Position numbers and translations under genes: made by a program. DNA of 64,000 bases, from positions 59,368 through 123,367 of the forward strand of contig CAYTCJ010000004.1 in the NCBI GenBank assembly GCA_964436545.1. The letters run 5' to 3'. Below are positions 54,512 to 64,000 of the stretch, piece after piece (the first letter of the stretch is position 1; each line of letters begins with the position of its first letter). Source of the DNA: an uncultured Candidatus Saccharibacteria bacterium. Its GTDB lineage: Bacteria > Patescibacteriota > Doudnabacteria > UBA920. Under the pieces are notes generated by a model, which saw only the letters and a list, made by a program, of their open reading frames with translations, was not told the DNA's origin and ran no database searches.

Positions 54512-55102
54512 ATGCAACATTTAAAACAACAGAAAACTTTGGCTTTGGTAAAACCCGATGGAGTTAAGCGCGGGTTAATTGGGGAAGTGATTAAGCGGAT
54601 AGAGAGACGAGGTTTAAAAGTTATTGCTTTAAAAATGGTTTGGGCGGGTAAGGAGCATATCCATTCGCATTTGCCTAAAAGCGAAGAGTGGGTGGAAAGA
54701 CTGGGTAATAAAACTTTAAAAACTTTTGCCGAATACGGGATTGATCCGGCCACGGCTCAAGGCACGAGTGACCCCAAAGAGATTGGGAAAATGGTTAAAG
54801 CTTCTTTAATTGAGTATTTAACCAGTGGTCCGGTGGTGGCCATGGTGATTCAAGGTATTCATGCTATTGATATGGTGAGAAAATTAGCCGGGCATACTTT
54901 ACCGGTGTTTGCGGAAATGGGCACGGTGAGAGGAGATTTTAGTGTCGATAGTCCCAGTGTCGCCAATATTGAAAAACGGGCAATTCATAATATTATGCAT
55001 GCGAGTGAAACGCCGGAAGAAGCCGAGAATGAAATTGGTTTGTGGTTTTCTCCAGCGGAGATTCATGAGTATAAGCGAGTGGAAGAAGATATTATGTTTT
55101 AA
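54512..55102 (+). CDS. ndk: Nucleoside-diphosphate kinase
   Basis: TLALVKPDGV ... NIMHASE (NxxH active-site His) ... with a lineage-specific insertion. Confidence 0.88.
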   Translation: MQHLKQQKTLALVKPDGVKRGLIGEVIKRIERRGLKVIALKMVWAGKEHIHSHLPKSEEWVERLGNKTLKTFAEYGIDPATAQGTSDPKEIGKMVKASLIEYLTSGPVVAMVIQGIHAIDMVRKLAGHTLPVFAEMGTVRGDFSVDSPSVANIEKRAIHNIMHASETPEEAENEIGLWFSPAEIHEYKRVEEDIMF

Positions 55103-55249
55103 TCCCACAGATACACAGACTGCACGGATAACACAAATCCTAATAAAACCTGCTCTTAATTTTTTAAGAGCAGGTTTTAAAATTCAGTGGGACTGGTGCA
55201 TAAACTCGTTGGCGGATAATACATTTAAGTTTTAAATAAAGGATTTTAT

Positions 55250-55816
55250 CTAAATTTTGGTTTTATCTTCAGGCTTAACAGCTATATGCAGGGCTTGAAT
55301 GGTAGTTTCTTCAATTAAATTAATTTCCCCTTGCTGGTCTTGTTGAGTTAAAATTGTCATTAAGTTTTGATAGGCTGTAGGTGCATGAGTTTTTAGCCAT
55401 TGAATGCCAATATCAAAGGCTCCCAGTTTTGTGTGGGTGCTATTTTTTACTGCTGGGTAGCCTTGCCGGATTAATTCTGCTTGGTATTGGGTGGTTCGGG
55501 CTAAAGAAGTTATAACTAAAAATAAATCTTTTTGGTCAGCTGGCAGTCCAGCATGCCACTTAGAACTAATTTCTTGTAATTTGGCCAAAGCCTGTGGGCT
55601 TAAAAATTTAAATTCTGTTTTTACAGTGGTAGCTAATTTATAGCCCTCGCCGGTTTCGGGAACTGCCAAAGCTTGTCCTGTTTCCTGAGCCTGTTGAATA
55701 TCTGCCAGTAATTCCATAGCCGGATAAGTCTGATACCAGTCAGCTTCTCTTTGCTGAGTTTTAATAATAGTTTCCATTTCTTCAGGTGGAGTGGTGGAGA
55801 TTTCGGCTTGAGACAT
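55250..55816 (-). CDS. Hypothetical protein, possibly M15-family (VanY-like) zinc D,D-carboxypeptidase
   Basis: STHTKLGAFDIG resembles the SxHxxGxAxD zinc-ligand motif, with a second His in ALHIAV. Weak. Confidence 0.4.
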   Translation of the reverse strand: MSQAEISTTPPEEMETIIKTQQREADWYQTYPAMELLADIQQAQETGQALAVPETGEGYKLATTVKTEFKFLSPQALAKLQEISSKWHAGLPADQKDLFLVITSLARTTQYQAELIRQGYPAVKNSTHTKLGAFDIGIQWLKTHAPTAYQNLMTILTQQDQQGEINLIEETTIQALHIAVKPEDKTKI

Positions 55817-55817
55817 A

Positions 55818-57335
55818 TTATTTTCTCCTTAAAAATCTTTTAATAGAGAGATCTTCCAATTTTAATTCTTTAATTCTGGCAATTAAACCCGGGTCATGTT
55901 CGGTTAAGTAATGCCGGATTTTATTTCTAGCATTGTGAGTTTTGGCGGACTTGAGCCAGTCGCGAGAGATTTTAGCCGGTTGTTTGGTTTTGAGAATTTC
56001 AATTACGTCACCTTTACTAAGTTCGTCGTAAATGCTGGCCATTTTATTATTGATTTTGGCTCCCATCATGTGTAGGCCTAAGTCGGTATGCACAGCAAAA
56101 GCAAAATCAATGACCGTGGCGCCTTTGGGTAAATCTTTAATGTCGCCTTTGGGGGTGTAAACAAAAATTCGATCCGAGAAAAAATCAATTTTTAAGTTTT
56201 CTAAGAATTCTTCGGGGTTGTCGGTTTCTTCTTGCCAAGCCCTTAGTTCTTTGAGCCAATCGTTTTGTAAACCCAAAAGTTGATTTTTAGCATCTTTATG
56301 CTCGGAATAAAACCAGTGGGCTGCTACCCCTCTTTCCGCTGCTTCATCCATTAAATCTGTCCTGATTTGAATTTCAAAAATCATGTCATTTTTACAAAAC
56401 ACCGTGGTATGCAAACTTTGGTAACCATTGGGTTTAGGAGAGGAAATATAATCTTTAATTCTGCCGGGCACCGGTTTATAGTGTTCGTGAATGGCTCCTA
56501 AAGCTGAATAGCAATCGGCGGTGGAACGGGTAATTATTCTCAAAGCAACAATGTCGTAAATTTTGGCAATTTCACCCTGGTACTTTTGGATTTTTTTAAA
56601 GAGGGAGTAAGGGCGTTTGACCCGACCCTTAACTTCTAAAAATTTTATACTTTGTTGTTTTAAAGTTTGGGCCAAACTTTTTTCCATAATTTTTAAGTTT
56701 TCTTGACGTTTTTCCAGCTCAGCTTTAAGTAAATTCTGCATTAGCTTATAATTGTCTGAGTCAACAATTTTAAAAGCCAAGTCTTCCAGTTCGTCTTTCC
56801 ATGTCCCTATGCCCAGACGACCGGCAATGGGCGCATAAATTTCCAAAGTTTCTTTGGCAATTTTTATTTGTTTCTCTGGCGGAATAAATTCCAAAGTGCG
56901 CATATTATGCAAACGATCGGCTAGTTTGATTAAAATCACCCGAACGTCTTTGCTGGTGGCTAAAAAGAGTTTTCTTAAATTTTCCACGTAAAATTTATCT
57001 TGACTGTTTTTCATTCTCACATGCCCAAGTTGAGTTACACCATCTACTAAGTGGCTGATTTCTTCTCCAAATTCGGCTTTAATAGTTTCTAAAGACACCG
57101 AGGTATCTTCGGGCACATCGTGCATGAGGGTGGCAGATAGAGTGGGGGGGTCGGGAAAAATTTGGCCTAAGATGATGGAAGCTTGTTTGCAATGTTCAAA
57201 ATAATCTTCCCCGCTTTTACGTTTTTGACCTTTATGGGCGTTATGTGCCAAATCAAAAGCACGCATAATCAAATCTTCTTGGGCTGGGGTAAACTTATGC
57301 GGTATGGCTTTGATATAGGTTTTAAATTGGTTCAT
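55818..57335 (-). CDS. rel: RelA/SpoT-family (p)ppGpp synthetase/hydrolase (short, lacking TGS/ACT)
   Basis: HD-domain His/Asp motifs plus the synthetase motif YQSLHTTV. Confidence 0.88.
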   Translation of the reverse strand: MNQFKTYIKAIPHKFTPAQEDLIMRAFDLAHNAHKGQKRKSGEDYFEHCKQASIILGQIFPDPPTLSATLMHDVPEDTSVSLETIKAEFGEEISHLVDGVTQLGHVRMKNSQDKFYVENLRKLFLATSKDVRVILIKLADRLHNMRTLEFIPPEKQIKIAKETLEIYAPIAGRLGIGTWKDELEDLAFKIVDSDNYKLMQNLLKAELEKRQENLKIMEKSLAQTLKQQSIKFLEVKGRVKRPYSLFKKIQKYQGEIAKIYDIVALRIITRSTADCYSALGAIHEHYKPVPGRIKDYISSPKPNGYQSLHTTVFCKNDMIFEIQIRTDLMDEAAERGVAAHWFYSEHKDAKNQLLGLQNDWLKELRAWQEETDNPEEFLENLKIDFFSDRIFVYTPKGDIKDLPKGATVIDFAFAVHTDLGLHMMGAKINNKMASIYDELSKGDVIEILKTKQPAKISRDWLKSAKTHNARNKIRHYLTEHDPGLIARIKELKLEDLSIKRFLRRK

Positions 57336-57466
57336 ATGGGTATTATATCAGGCAATAATGTAGGCGAAAAGATGTTATAATGTGAATATTAAAAATAAAA
57401 ATGACAAAAGCGACGAAAATAATTTTTTTCATTTATGTCAATTTTGTCATTTTTGATCATTGAGTT

Positions 57467-58393
57467 ATGCCCGAATTACCCGAAGTAGAAACCGTGGCCA
57501 GAGAATTGCACAAAAAATTAAAAAACCGAGTGATTCAGTCGGTCTGGGTTAGGGCGCCTAAAATGGTGAGTGTGGGTCCGGCTACTTTACCACCTAAGCG
57601 GATAAGTAGCGGTTTCCAGGTAACAAAATTTGTTCAAGCTCTTCAAGGTAAAAATATTTTACAAGTTAAACGGAGAGCTAAGGTATTAATTTTTAAATTA
57701 TCTGACGGTTTATTTTTGCTTGTACATTTAAAAATGACCGGTCAATTTATTTTTGAAGATAAACAGCTTCGGGCACAAACGCAAGGCAAGTATCGGTTGT
57801 TGAATAAAGCCAATGCTCCGTTGGTAAGTTTGCCGAGTAAACATACACACGTGATTTTTAATTTTCCAGATGCCTCCACATTATTTTTTAACGATGTTAG
57901 AAAATTTGGGTATTTAAAGTTAGTTAACCGGTACGAATTTGCTCAAGTTAAAGAATTAAACATATTTGGGCCAGAGCCTTTAGAACCAAATTTTACAGCC
58001 TTGAAGTTTTTGCAAATTCTCAAGCGGTATCCACGGAGAAAAATCAAAGAGGTTTTGGTAGATCCCACTGTCGTGGCGGGGATTGGGAATATTTATAGTG
58101 ACGAGATCTTGTTTTTAGCCGGAATTAGACCGGCTAGGCGGGTATTAAGTATAAAGGTTAATGAATTAAAGCAAATCTATAAGTATATAAAAGTAGTTTT
58201 AAAACAAGGGATTAGAGCAAAAGGTTCCAGTGTGGGGGAATACGTTAGAACCGATGGTTCTTGGGGTCAAATGGGTAAATTTCACTTCGTTTATGGCCGA
58301 AAGGGGCAGAAATGCAAAAAATGTGGTAGCATAATAGCAAGCCTCAAGTTAGGTGGCCGAACCGGCAGTTTTTGTCCTAAATGCCAGAGATAG
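57467..58393 (+). CDS. mutM: Formamidopyrimidine-DNA glycosylase
   Basis: MPELPEVE N-terminus (catalytic Pro2, Glu3), H2TH, and C-terminal CxxC-N16-CxxC zinc finger. Confidence 0.93.
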   Translation: MPELPEVETVARELHKKLKNRVIQSVWVRAPKMVSVGPATLPPKRISSGFQVTKFVQALQGKNILQVKRRAKVLIFKLSDGLFLLVHLKMTGQFIFEDKQLRAQTQGKYRLLNKANAPLVSLPSKHTHVIFNFPDASTLFFNDVRKFGYLKLVNRYEFAQVKELNIFGPEPLEPNFTALKFLQILKRYPRRKIKEVLVDPTVVAGIGNIYSDEILFLAGIRPARRVLSIKVNELKQIYKYIKVVLKQGIRAKGSSVGEYVRTDGSWGQMGKFHFVYGRKGQKCKKCGSIIASLKLGGRTGSFCPKCQR

Positions 58394-58452
58394 TGAGAAA
58401 AGTATGAATTTGGAATTAAGAATTATGAATAAAAATTAAAAAAATAAATTCT

Positions 58453-58647
58453 ATGGAAAATCAAAATATATCTGCCGATGAAGTGTTAAGACAAATTTTA
58501 GAGAATACGCAAAAGACCAAAAAATATATGCAATGGCAATTTTATGTAACTATTGTATTGGTGGTGTTGCCCATTCTGGCCATGGTATTTATTTTGCCGT
58601 CGATTTTAAGTAATTTAGGGAGTGTGTATGGCGGAGCGTTGCAGTAA
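58453..58647 (+). CDS. Small single-TM protein
   Basis: 64 aa, one hydrophobic helix. Confidence 0.4.
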   Translation: MENQNISADEVLRQILENTQKTKKYMQWQFYVTIVLVVLPILAMVFILPSILSNLGSVYGGALQ

Positions 58648-58717
58648 ACATTCTAACCTGTTAACAGATAACAATTGTTAGAATGATAGGATGTTAAAAT
58701 GATAAAATGTTAAATCT

Positions 58718-59065
58718 ATGACCAATGAAAAATGGGAACAATTAGTGGAAATGATTAAACAAAATTTTACTCAGGTAAGAGAGTGGCAAGAGGATATTAT
58801 TTTAGAAACCGAAGATGGTCGGGAAAAGCTGGGTGTGAAGGAAATTGTGGAATTTCTTCATCCAACCAGAATTAATTATCGGTTAGTAAGAGAGAGTCGT
58901 CCGTTGGTGCTGGAAAAAAAAGAACATTTTTCTCATCGAATGGGGGATACTGCCCGAGTGGAGTATAAACATTCCCAAACGGAATTTACCCATAAGCTAA
59001 AAGTGTATAAAGAAAGTAATTTTGACGAGTGGGAGGAGATAACTTTAGATCGGTTAGGTTTATAG
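58718..59065 (+). CDS. Hypothetical protein (115 aa)
   Basis: Stop TAG overlaps/abuts the ATG of the downstream NTase gene (translational coupling). Confidence 0.45.
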   Translation: MTNEKWEQLVEMIKQNFTQVREWQEDIILETEDGREKLGVKEIVEFLHPTRINYRLVRESRPLVLEKKEHFSHRMGDTARVEYKHSQTEFTHKLKVYKESNFDEWEEITLDRLGL

Positions 59066-60001
59066 ATGAATCAATTTATGCTTAAAGCTAGAATTCTATC
59101 TACCCTGCGTTTTTTTGATTTGCAAGAGATTCCTTTAACCTGGTTGGAACTTCACCGGTTTTTATTGGCGGATTGGGCTTCAATGCATGCCCATCAAAAT
59201 GAAGAGTATGAATTTGTGGCTGGGGAGAATATGGTTAATTCAGGCGCGCTAGTTGAGCCGGCTGAGATTTTAGCATGTATTGAGACCGAGTGCCAAACAG
59301 AATTGGCTTACGTTTTAGGTTATTATTGTTTGGCAGGCAGGGAAGATTTGTGTATTCGGCGTTGGAAAAATTATCCTTACGGTGTGTTTAGAGAAAGAAG
59401 AATTAGTAAGTTTGTTCCGTGGTTAAAACATTTTCCATTTATTCGGGCTGTGGCTTTGGGGGGGAGCCAAGCTTTAGGTCAACCGAAAAGATCTTCGGAT
59501 ATTGATTTGTTAATTGTGGTTAAACCCGGGTTTTTGTGGTTGGTGAGGACAATGGTAAGTTTGTATTTCCAAATTTTAGGTTTACGTCGGCATGGTAAAA
59601 AAATTGCCAATCGCTTTTGTTTAAATCATTATATTGCCGAACAGAAAGTAGTGGACCGAGAAAGAAATTTATACAAGGCCATGGAATATATTAGGCTTAG
59701 ACCTTTGGTTTATCCGCAAGGGTTAAGGGAGTTTTTAAAGCCGAATGAATTTTGGCTCAGGGCTTTTTTGCCCAATTGGCGCATGGATACGGGGTGTGAG
59801 TTGCCGAGTAAGTGGCAAAAATTTTTAGAGTGGGCGTTAGATAATGTTGTGGGCAGAAGTTTGAATTATGGCTTGGGTGTTGGACAAAAATTAAAAATCA
59901 GACAAGATGAATTTACTTTTGTCTTGTCCGATGAATTATCGTTTCATCCTCAGAGCCAGCATAAAACTTTATTGCACAATTTTTTTAAATCGGTTAACTA
60001 A
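59066..60001 (+). CDS. Nucleotidyltransferase-domain protein (Pol-beta superfamily)
   Basis: GGSQALGQPKRSSDIDLLIV matches the GS-x(9-13)-DxD NTase motif. Confidence 0.55.
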   Translation: MNQFMLKARILSTLRFFDLQEIPLTWLELHRFLLADWASMHAHQNEEYEFVAGENMVNSGALVEPAEILACIETECQTELAYVLGYYCLAGREDLCIRRWKNYPYGVFRERRISKFVPWLKHFPFIRAVALGGSQALGQPKRSSDIDLLIVVKPGFLWLVRTMVSLYFQILGLRRHGKKIANRFCLNHYIAEQKVVDRERNLYKAMEYIRLRPLVYPQGLREFLKPNEFWLRAFLPNWRMDTGCELPSKWQKFLEWALDNVVGRSLNYGLGVGQKLKIRQDEFTFVLSDELSFHPQSQHKTLLHNFFKSVN

Positions 60002-60732
60002 CGAGTAAACTCCATTAAAATAAAGATTGGGAATTGATTTAATCGAAAAGCTAAATTGTAAGTAGCGGTTTTTTCTTTTACATAAATATCTTGTATGTGA
60101 GAGAGTTTAAATCCGGCTGAGGTAAATGTATTAATCTGCTCAGGGAGAGTGTAAAAATAAGAGGTTAGGTGGTTATTTGCCCATCTAAATTCTCGGTTGG
60201 ACTTAGTGGCCCAAGGTACATAGGGTGTAAGGGTTAATTGTGGTGGGCGCTTAAAAAGTTTACTCCAAAAGGTGTGTTTCCATTCGCCGACGGGAAAACC
60301 ATAGTAAGGGTTTACAGCCATGAGGAGTAGTCGTTTATCTAAAATGCGATACATTTCTTGAGCTAACTGATGGAGATTTTTTATATCTAACACTGAGACA
60401 TTAAAAATGCCGGTTTCAAATTGGTGTGGGGTAAAAGGTAGGGGAGAATTTAAATCCACTGTTTGAAACTGAATATGCGGATAGTTTTGGTTAGCAAGTT
60501 TTATTAGTTCTTTAGAAATATCACAGCCCATTACTGAATAGCCGTGCGAGGTAAGTAAATTACTTAGCCAGCCATTGCCACAACCCGCGTCTAAAATAGT
60601 GGAAGTGGGCTGAGTGTTTAAGCGAGCTAAAATTTGGTTAGAGAGGGTTGACTGAAAAATTTGCCCGTCCGGAGACTTAATAAAGTCTAAGTAACTTTGA
60701 ATACCTTGTGGAGTTTGGTAAGTAGAATTCAT
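59998..60732 (-). CDS. Class I SAM-dependent methyltransferase
   Basis: Motif I ILDAGCGNGWLS. Confidence 0.8.
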   Translation of the reverse strand: MNSTYQTPQGIQSYLDFIKSPDGQIFQSTLSNQILARLNTQPTSTILDAGCGNGWLSNLLTSHGYSVMGCDISKELIKLANQNYPHIQFQTVDLNSPLPFTPHQFETGIFNVSVLDIKNLHQLAQEMYRILDKRLLLMAVNPYYGFPVGEWKHTFWSKLFKRPPQLTLTPYVPWATKSNREFRWANNHLTSYFYTLPEQINTFTSAGFKLSHIQDIYVKEKTATYNLAFRLNQFPIFILMEFTR

Positions 60733-60888
60733 AAGACAATTATAGCACCAATTTTCTTAAGCAAATAGCATTATCACTCCTCTTGACAGAGTGATAAGAT
60801 TGTATATAATGCATAAGCAATCATTAATTAACGGACCTAAATTTACGAATACACCTGTTCGAATTATTTGGGTCATAGGGACTAGAAT

Positions 60889-61194
60889 ATGAAAATCAAA
60901 CCAATGGGTAACCGAGTCTTGGTAAAACAAGAGAGTCAAGAAGAAGTTACCAAATCGGGTATAGTTTTACCCGATACCGCAGACAAAGAAAAAAAAGCCA
61001 TTGGCGTAATTGTCGCTTTGGGGACTGGGGCGGAAATTAGCCAGTTGGGTTTAAAAATTGGCGATAAAGTGGTGTTTGGTAAATATGCCGGCGATGAAGT
61101 AGAAGTAGATGAAGAGGGTAAAAAACAAGAATATAAAGTTTTAAATGTGGGTAAAGAAAAAGACGATAGCGATGTCTTGGCAATAATAGAATAA
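60889..61194 (+). CDS. groES: Co-chaperonin GroES
   Basis: IKPMGNRVLVK ... GIVLPD mobile loop. Confidence 0.95.
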   Translation: MKIKPMGNRVLVKQESQEEVTKSGIVLPDTADKEKKAIGVIVALGTGAEISQLGLKIGDKVVFGKYAGDEVEVDEEGKKQEYKVLNVGKEKDDSDVLAIIE

Positions 61195-61306
61195 TCATTA
61201 ACACGGATCTACGGATTTAACACGGATCTACGGATTCCTACGGATTGAATTTATATCAGTAGGCATCGGTAAATCAGTAAGTTATCGGTAGATCAGAATT
61301 ATATTT

Positions 61307-62977
61307 ATGTCAAAAATTATCAAATACGGCTTTGAAGCCAAACAGGCCATTGCAAATGGCGTAAATAAAGCAGCGAATGCCATTAAGGTGACTTTGGGTC
61401 CCACGGGTAAAGCTGTCATTTTACATAAAACTTTTGGGAGCCCCACCATTACTGACGATGGCGTCACCGTGGCCAAAGATATTGAATTGGAAGACAAGTT
61501 TGAGAATATCGGCGCTTCTTTAATTCAAGAAGTGGCGAATAAAACCAACGAAGAAGCCGGTGATGGCACTACCACCGCTACCGTGTTAGCTCAAAAAATG
61601 ATTGAAACGGCTTTTGAAGCTGCGGCTTTGGCCAGCACTCAGGCTAATGAAATTAAAAAAGGCATGGACAGCGCAGTAAAATTTGTGGTGGAAAATTTAC
61701 GCAAAGTTAAAAAAGAAGTTAAAACCAAGGAAGAAGTTCAGCAAGTGGCCACCATTGCTTCGTTAGATAGCGAAGTCGGAAAATTAATTGCCGAAGCTAT
61801 GGAAGAAGTGGGTCACGATGGCGTAATTACCGTGGAAGAAGGTCAGACCACGGGACTGGAAAAAGAAGTGGTTAAAGGGATGCGCTTTGATAAGGGTTAT
61901 GTGAATCCGTATATGGTGACGAATGCGGAAAGGATGGAAGCGGTGTGGGAAAATCCTTACATTTTAATTACCGATAAAAAAGTGGCAAGTGTGCAAGAGG
62001 TCTTGCCGGTTTTAGAAAAGGTGGCGCAAAGCGGAAAAAAAGAATTGGTGATTATTGCGGACGAAGTGGAAGGCGAAGCTTTGGCAACTTTTGTGGTCAA
62101 CAAACTGCGTGGCACTTTTAGCGTTTTGGCGGTTAAGGCTCCGGGCTTTGGCGATAGACGCAAAGAAATGCTTCAGGATATTGCCGTATTAACCGGCGGA
62201 CAAGTAATTACGGAGGAAATGGGACTTAAGTTAGACGCAACTTCGTTAAACCAATTGGGTAAAGCGAGGAAAGTGATTGCCACCAAAGAGCATACCACCA
62301 TTGTCGATGGTCAGGGCGATAAAAAGAACATTGAAGATAGAGTCAATCAAATTAAGAATGAATTTAAAAATTCTACTTCCGATTACGACAAGGAAAAATT
62401 GCAAGAACGTTTGGCGCGCTTAGCCGGTGGGGTAGGGGTAATTAAAGTGGGTGCTTTTACGGAAACCGAAATGAAAGCCAAAAAATTTAAAATTGAAGAT
62501 GCGCTGAATGCCACTAAGGCTGCGGTAGAAGAAGGAATTGTGGCCGGAGGTGGTTCGGCGTTAGTGAAAATTGCCCCAACTTTAGATGCGGAAATGGCTA
62601 AAATTTCCGGAGCCCAAAGAACGGGTTATAAAATTGTAAAGAAAGCTTTGGAAGCGCCTTTAAGACAAATTGCGGAAAATTCCGGTGTGGAACCTACCGG
62701 CATTATTAGCTATATCCAAAAAGCTTCCGGACAGGCTGGGTATGATTTTACCAAATACGAAGAGTCTAATTGGGAACAGGGGAAAGTGGAAGATATGATG
62801 AAAGCCGGCATTGTGGATCCGCTGAAAGTTACTCGCTTGGCTTTAGAGCATGCGGTGTCCATTGCTTCCACTTTAGTCACTACCGAAGCCATTGTGGCAG
62901 ATAAACCTGAATCTAAGACTCCGGCTCCAGCTATGGGTGGCGGTATGCCTGGTGGAATGGGTGGAATGGATTACTAG
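61307..62977 (+). CDS. groEL: Chaperonin GroEL
   Basis: ATP-binding motifs ([10 protein letters not shown]; GGGSALV) and a GGM-repeat C-terminus. Confidence 0.96.
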   Translation: MSKIIKYGFEAKQAIANGVNKAANAIKVTLGPTGKAVILHKTFGSPTITDDGVTVAKDIELEDKFENIGASLIQEVANKTNEEAGDGTTTATVLAQKMIETAFEAAALASTQANEIKKGMDSAVKFVVENLRKVKKEVKTKEEVQQVATIASLDSEVGKLIAEAMEEVGHDGVITVEEGQTTGLEKEVVKGMRFDKGYVNPYMVTNAERMEAVWENPYILITDKKVASVQEVLPVLEKVAQSGKKELVIIADEVEGEALATFVVNKLRGTFSVLAVKAPGFGDRRKEMLQDIAVLTGGQVITEEMGLKLDATSLNQLGKARKVIATKEHTTIVDGQGDKKNIEDRVNQIKNEFKNSTSDYDKEKLQERLARLAGGVGVIKVGAFTETEMKAKKFKIEDALNATKAAVEEGIVAGGGSALVKIAPTLDAEMAKISGAQRTGYKIVKKALEAPLRQIAENSGVEPTGIISYIQKASGQAGYDFTKYEESNWEQGKVEDMMKAGIVDPLKVTRLALEHAVSIASTLVTTEAIVADKPESKTPAPAMGGGMPGGMGGMDY

Positions 62978-63034
62978 AAACGCGGAATTGACGCTGAATA
63001 AAGAAACGCTGAATATACGCGGAAAATTATATAG

Positions 63035-63068
63035 AAACCCCTCGGACTTTTAAAAGTCCGAGGGGTTT
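63035..63068 (+). terminator. Intrinsic terminator after groEL
   Basis: AAACCCCTCGGACTTTTAAAAGTCCGAGGGGTTT. Confidence 0.6.
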
Positions 63069-63082
63069 GGTATTATGGGCAT

Positions 63083-63403
63083 ATGTCATATAAGCCAAGA
63101 AGATTACAAGGTCAACCTGAACCAAAAGACTTACCTAATGTAGAAGCGTCTTTAGATTTGTCTAATCCAGATTCTGAATTAAGGAGAAAACTTGTTAGTA
63201 AAACACTAGAATTAGCAAATAATTTAGTTACAGCCACAGCAGAAAGTGAAAGTCGTTTAATTACTAATTTTCAAGCTTATTTTGATAGCTTGAATTCAAA
63301 TACCGCAGTTTTAATGCACATAATTGATGAAGAAATTAGTAAAAATCCAAATTTAGCTCAACAATTAAAGCAAATCAAACTAAGTTACAATAAACCTGAT
63401 TAA
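63083..63403 (+). CDS. Hypothetical protein (106 aa)
   Basis: ORF only. Confidence 0.4.
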   Translation: MSYKPRRLQGQPEPKDLPNVEASLDLSNPDSELRRKLVSKTLELANNLVTATAESESRLITNFQAYFDSLNSNTAVLMHIIDEEISKNPNLAQQLKQIKLSYNKPD

Positions 63404-63745
63404 ATAATTTTCTTTTAAATAAGCCAGATTCTAACCGCCTTTAATGCTTGACAAATGGGCGGTTTTAGTTTACAATGTTTGGTCGTGTTAAAAAGCGCAC
63501 ATTTTTATGGTTCTGGTTATTTGTTGTAAATTATCAGTTATTAGTTATTAGTAAAAACCTATGCTCCTAATTTCGCCTAAATCGGATTGGGGGCGCTAAA
63601 TAGCCGTGAACAAGAACAATATTACTTTGGTTCTCCTGTCCACGGTTTTTTTGCGCCTTTTTTGGTTTTTATGCTAGTATGGGTTTTAAATATAGTCGCT
63701 TGCCAAATTTATTTGTTTAGAATTAGTATCTTATAAATAAGATAT

Positions 63746-63772
63746 GGATTCCCGCTTTCGCGGGAATGACAG
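63746..63772. repeat. Family-A palindrome directly upstream of a GC-rich small ORF
   Basis: GGATTCCCGCTTTCGCGGGAATGACAG. Confidence 0.55.
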
Positions 63773-63796
63773 AAGAGCAAATTTGGGAGGTGACTA

Positions 63797-63943
63797 TGGT
63801 CACAGCTTTGTACATTTTTGGTTTTCTCGCGGGACTATGTGTCGCGAGCGTGTTGTGCGTCTTGGTCGTCGCCGGCGTTTACGCATGGCGGCGACGCAAG
63901 GTCCCTTGGCGGATTGACATCCGTCTTGGGTCGGGCAACTAGC
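63797..63943 (+). CDS. Candidate GC-rich small membrane peptide (48 aa), followed by a second GC-rich gene start at 63975
   Basis: RBS TGGGAGGTGACT then ATG. MVTALYIFGFLAGLCVASVLCVLVVAGVYAWRRRK ... then AAAGGAGGTGAAAA-ATG at 63975 running off the window. About 60% GC. Confidence 0.35.
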
Positions 63944-64000
63944 CCCATCTTGGGGCAGAAAGGAGGTGAAAAATGGACATCGGTTTTTTTGCCGGCGTGG

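Overview
The window is low-GC (about 40%) and carries housekeeping genes of a small-genome bacterium. The combination of insertion-rich divergent proteins, weak Shine-Dalgarno sites, a type-IV pilin and a giant membrane protein suggests (inference) a CPR/Patescibacteria-like lineage. Genes present: dnaK, dnaJ, a MacA/MacB-type ABC efflux module, NDH-2, topA, capA, dprA, pth, der, an LCP protein, lepB, rpsU, ftsA ... ftsZ, nrdR-nrdJ plus a B12 adenosyltransferase module, comEC, a cyclophilin, ndk, rel, mutM and groES/groEL. RNA genes: tRNA-Lys(UUU) and tRNA-Val(CAC), the latter sitting inside a split, nested tRNA-like locus.

The most unusual region is an insertion of roughly 11.8 kb between ftsA and ftsZ (28.9-40.7 kb). 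It is a cassette-like array of strongly GC-rich (60-70% GC) foreign genes: Pro-rich surface proteins and an S1 serine protease. These are followed by a 1776-aa giant membrane protein. Each cassette is preceded by structured repeat modules: 39-bp direct repeats, 45-58-bp units built from 10-bp-phased ACRGAT words, and 'GGAATGACA' palindromic elements fused to strong SD sites. No integrase is visible. A solitary GC-rich purC at 43.3-44.2 kb is flanked by the same repeat family.

Two palindromic element families populate the window, and both occur in-frame inside conserved genes, in the manner of Rickettsia palindromic elements. Family A (GGAATGACA-type) lies inside the 49389 membrane protein. 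Family B (GC-rich CCCCCTC...GAGGGGG) lies inside topA, pth, capA and the cobalamin adenosyltransferase. Other observations: short oligonucleotide word-repeat families in intergenic DNA, a shared TGTCA-N4-TGTCA motif upstream of several genes, and candidate sRNAs driven by consensus sigma-70 promoters.
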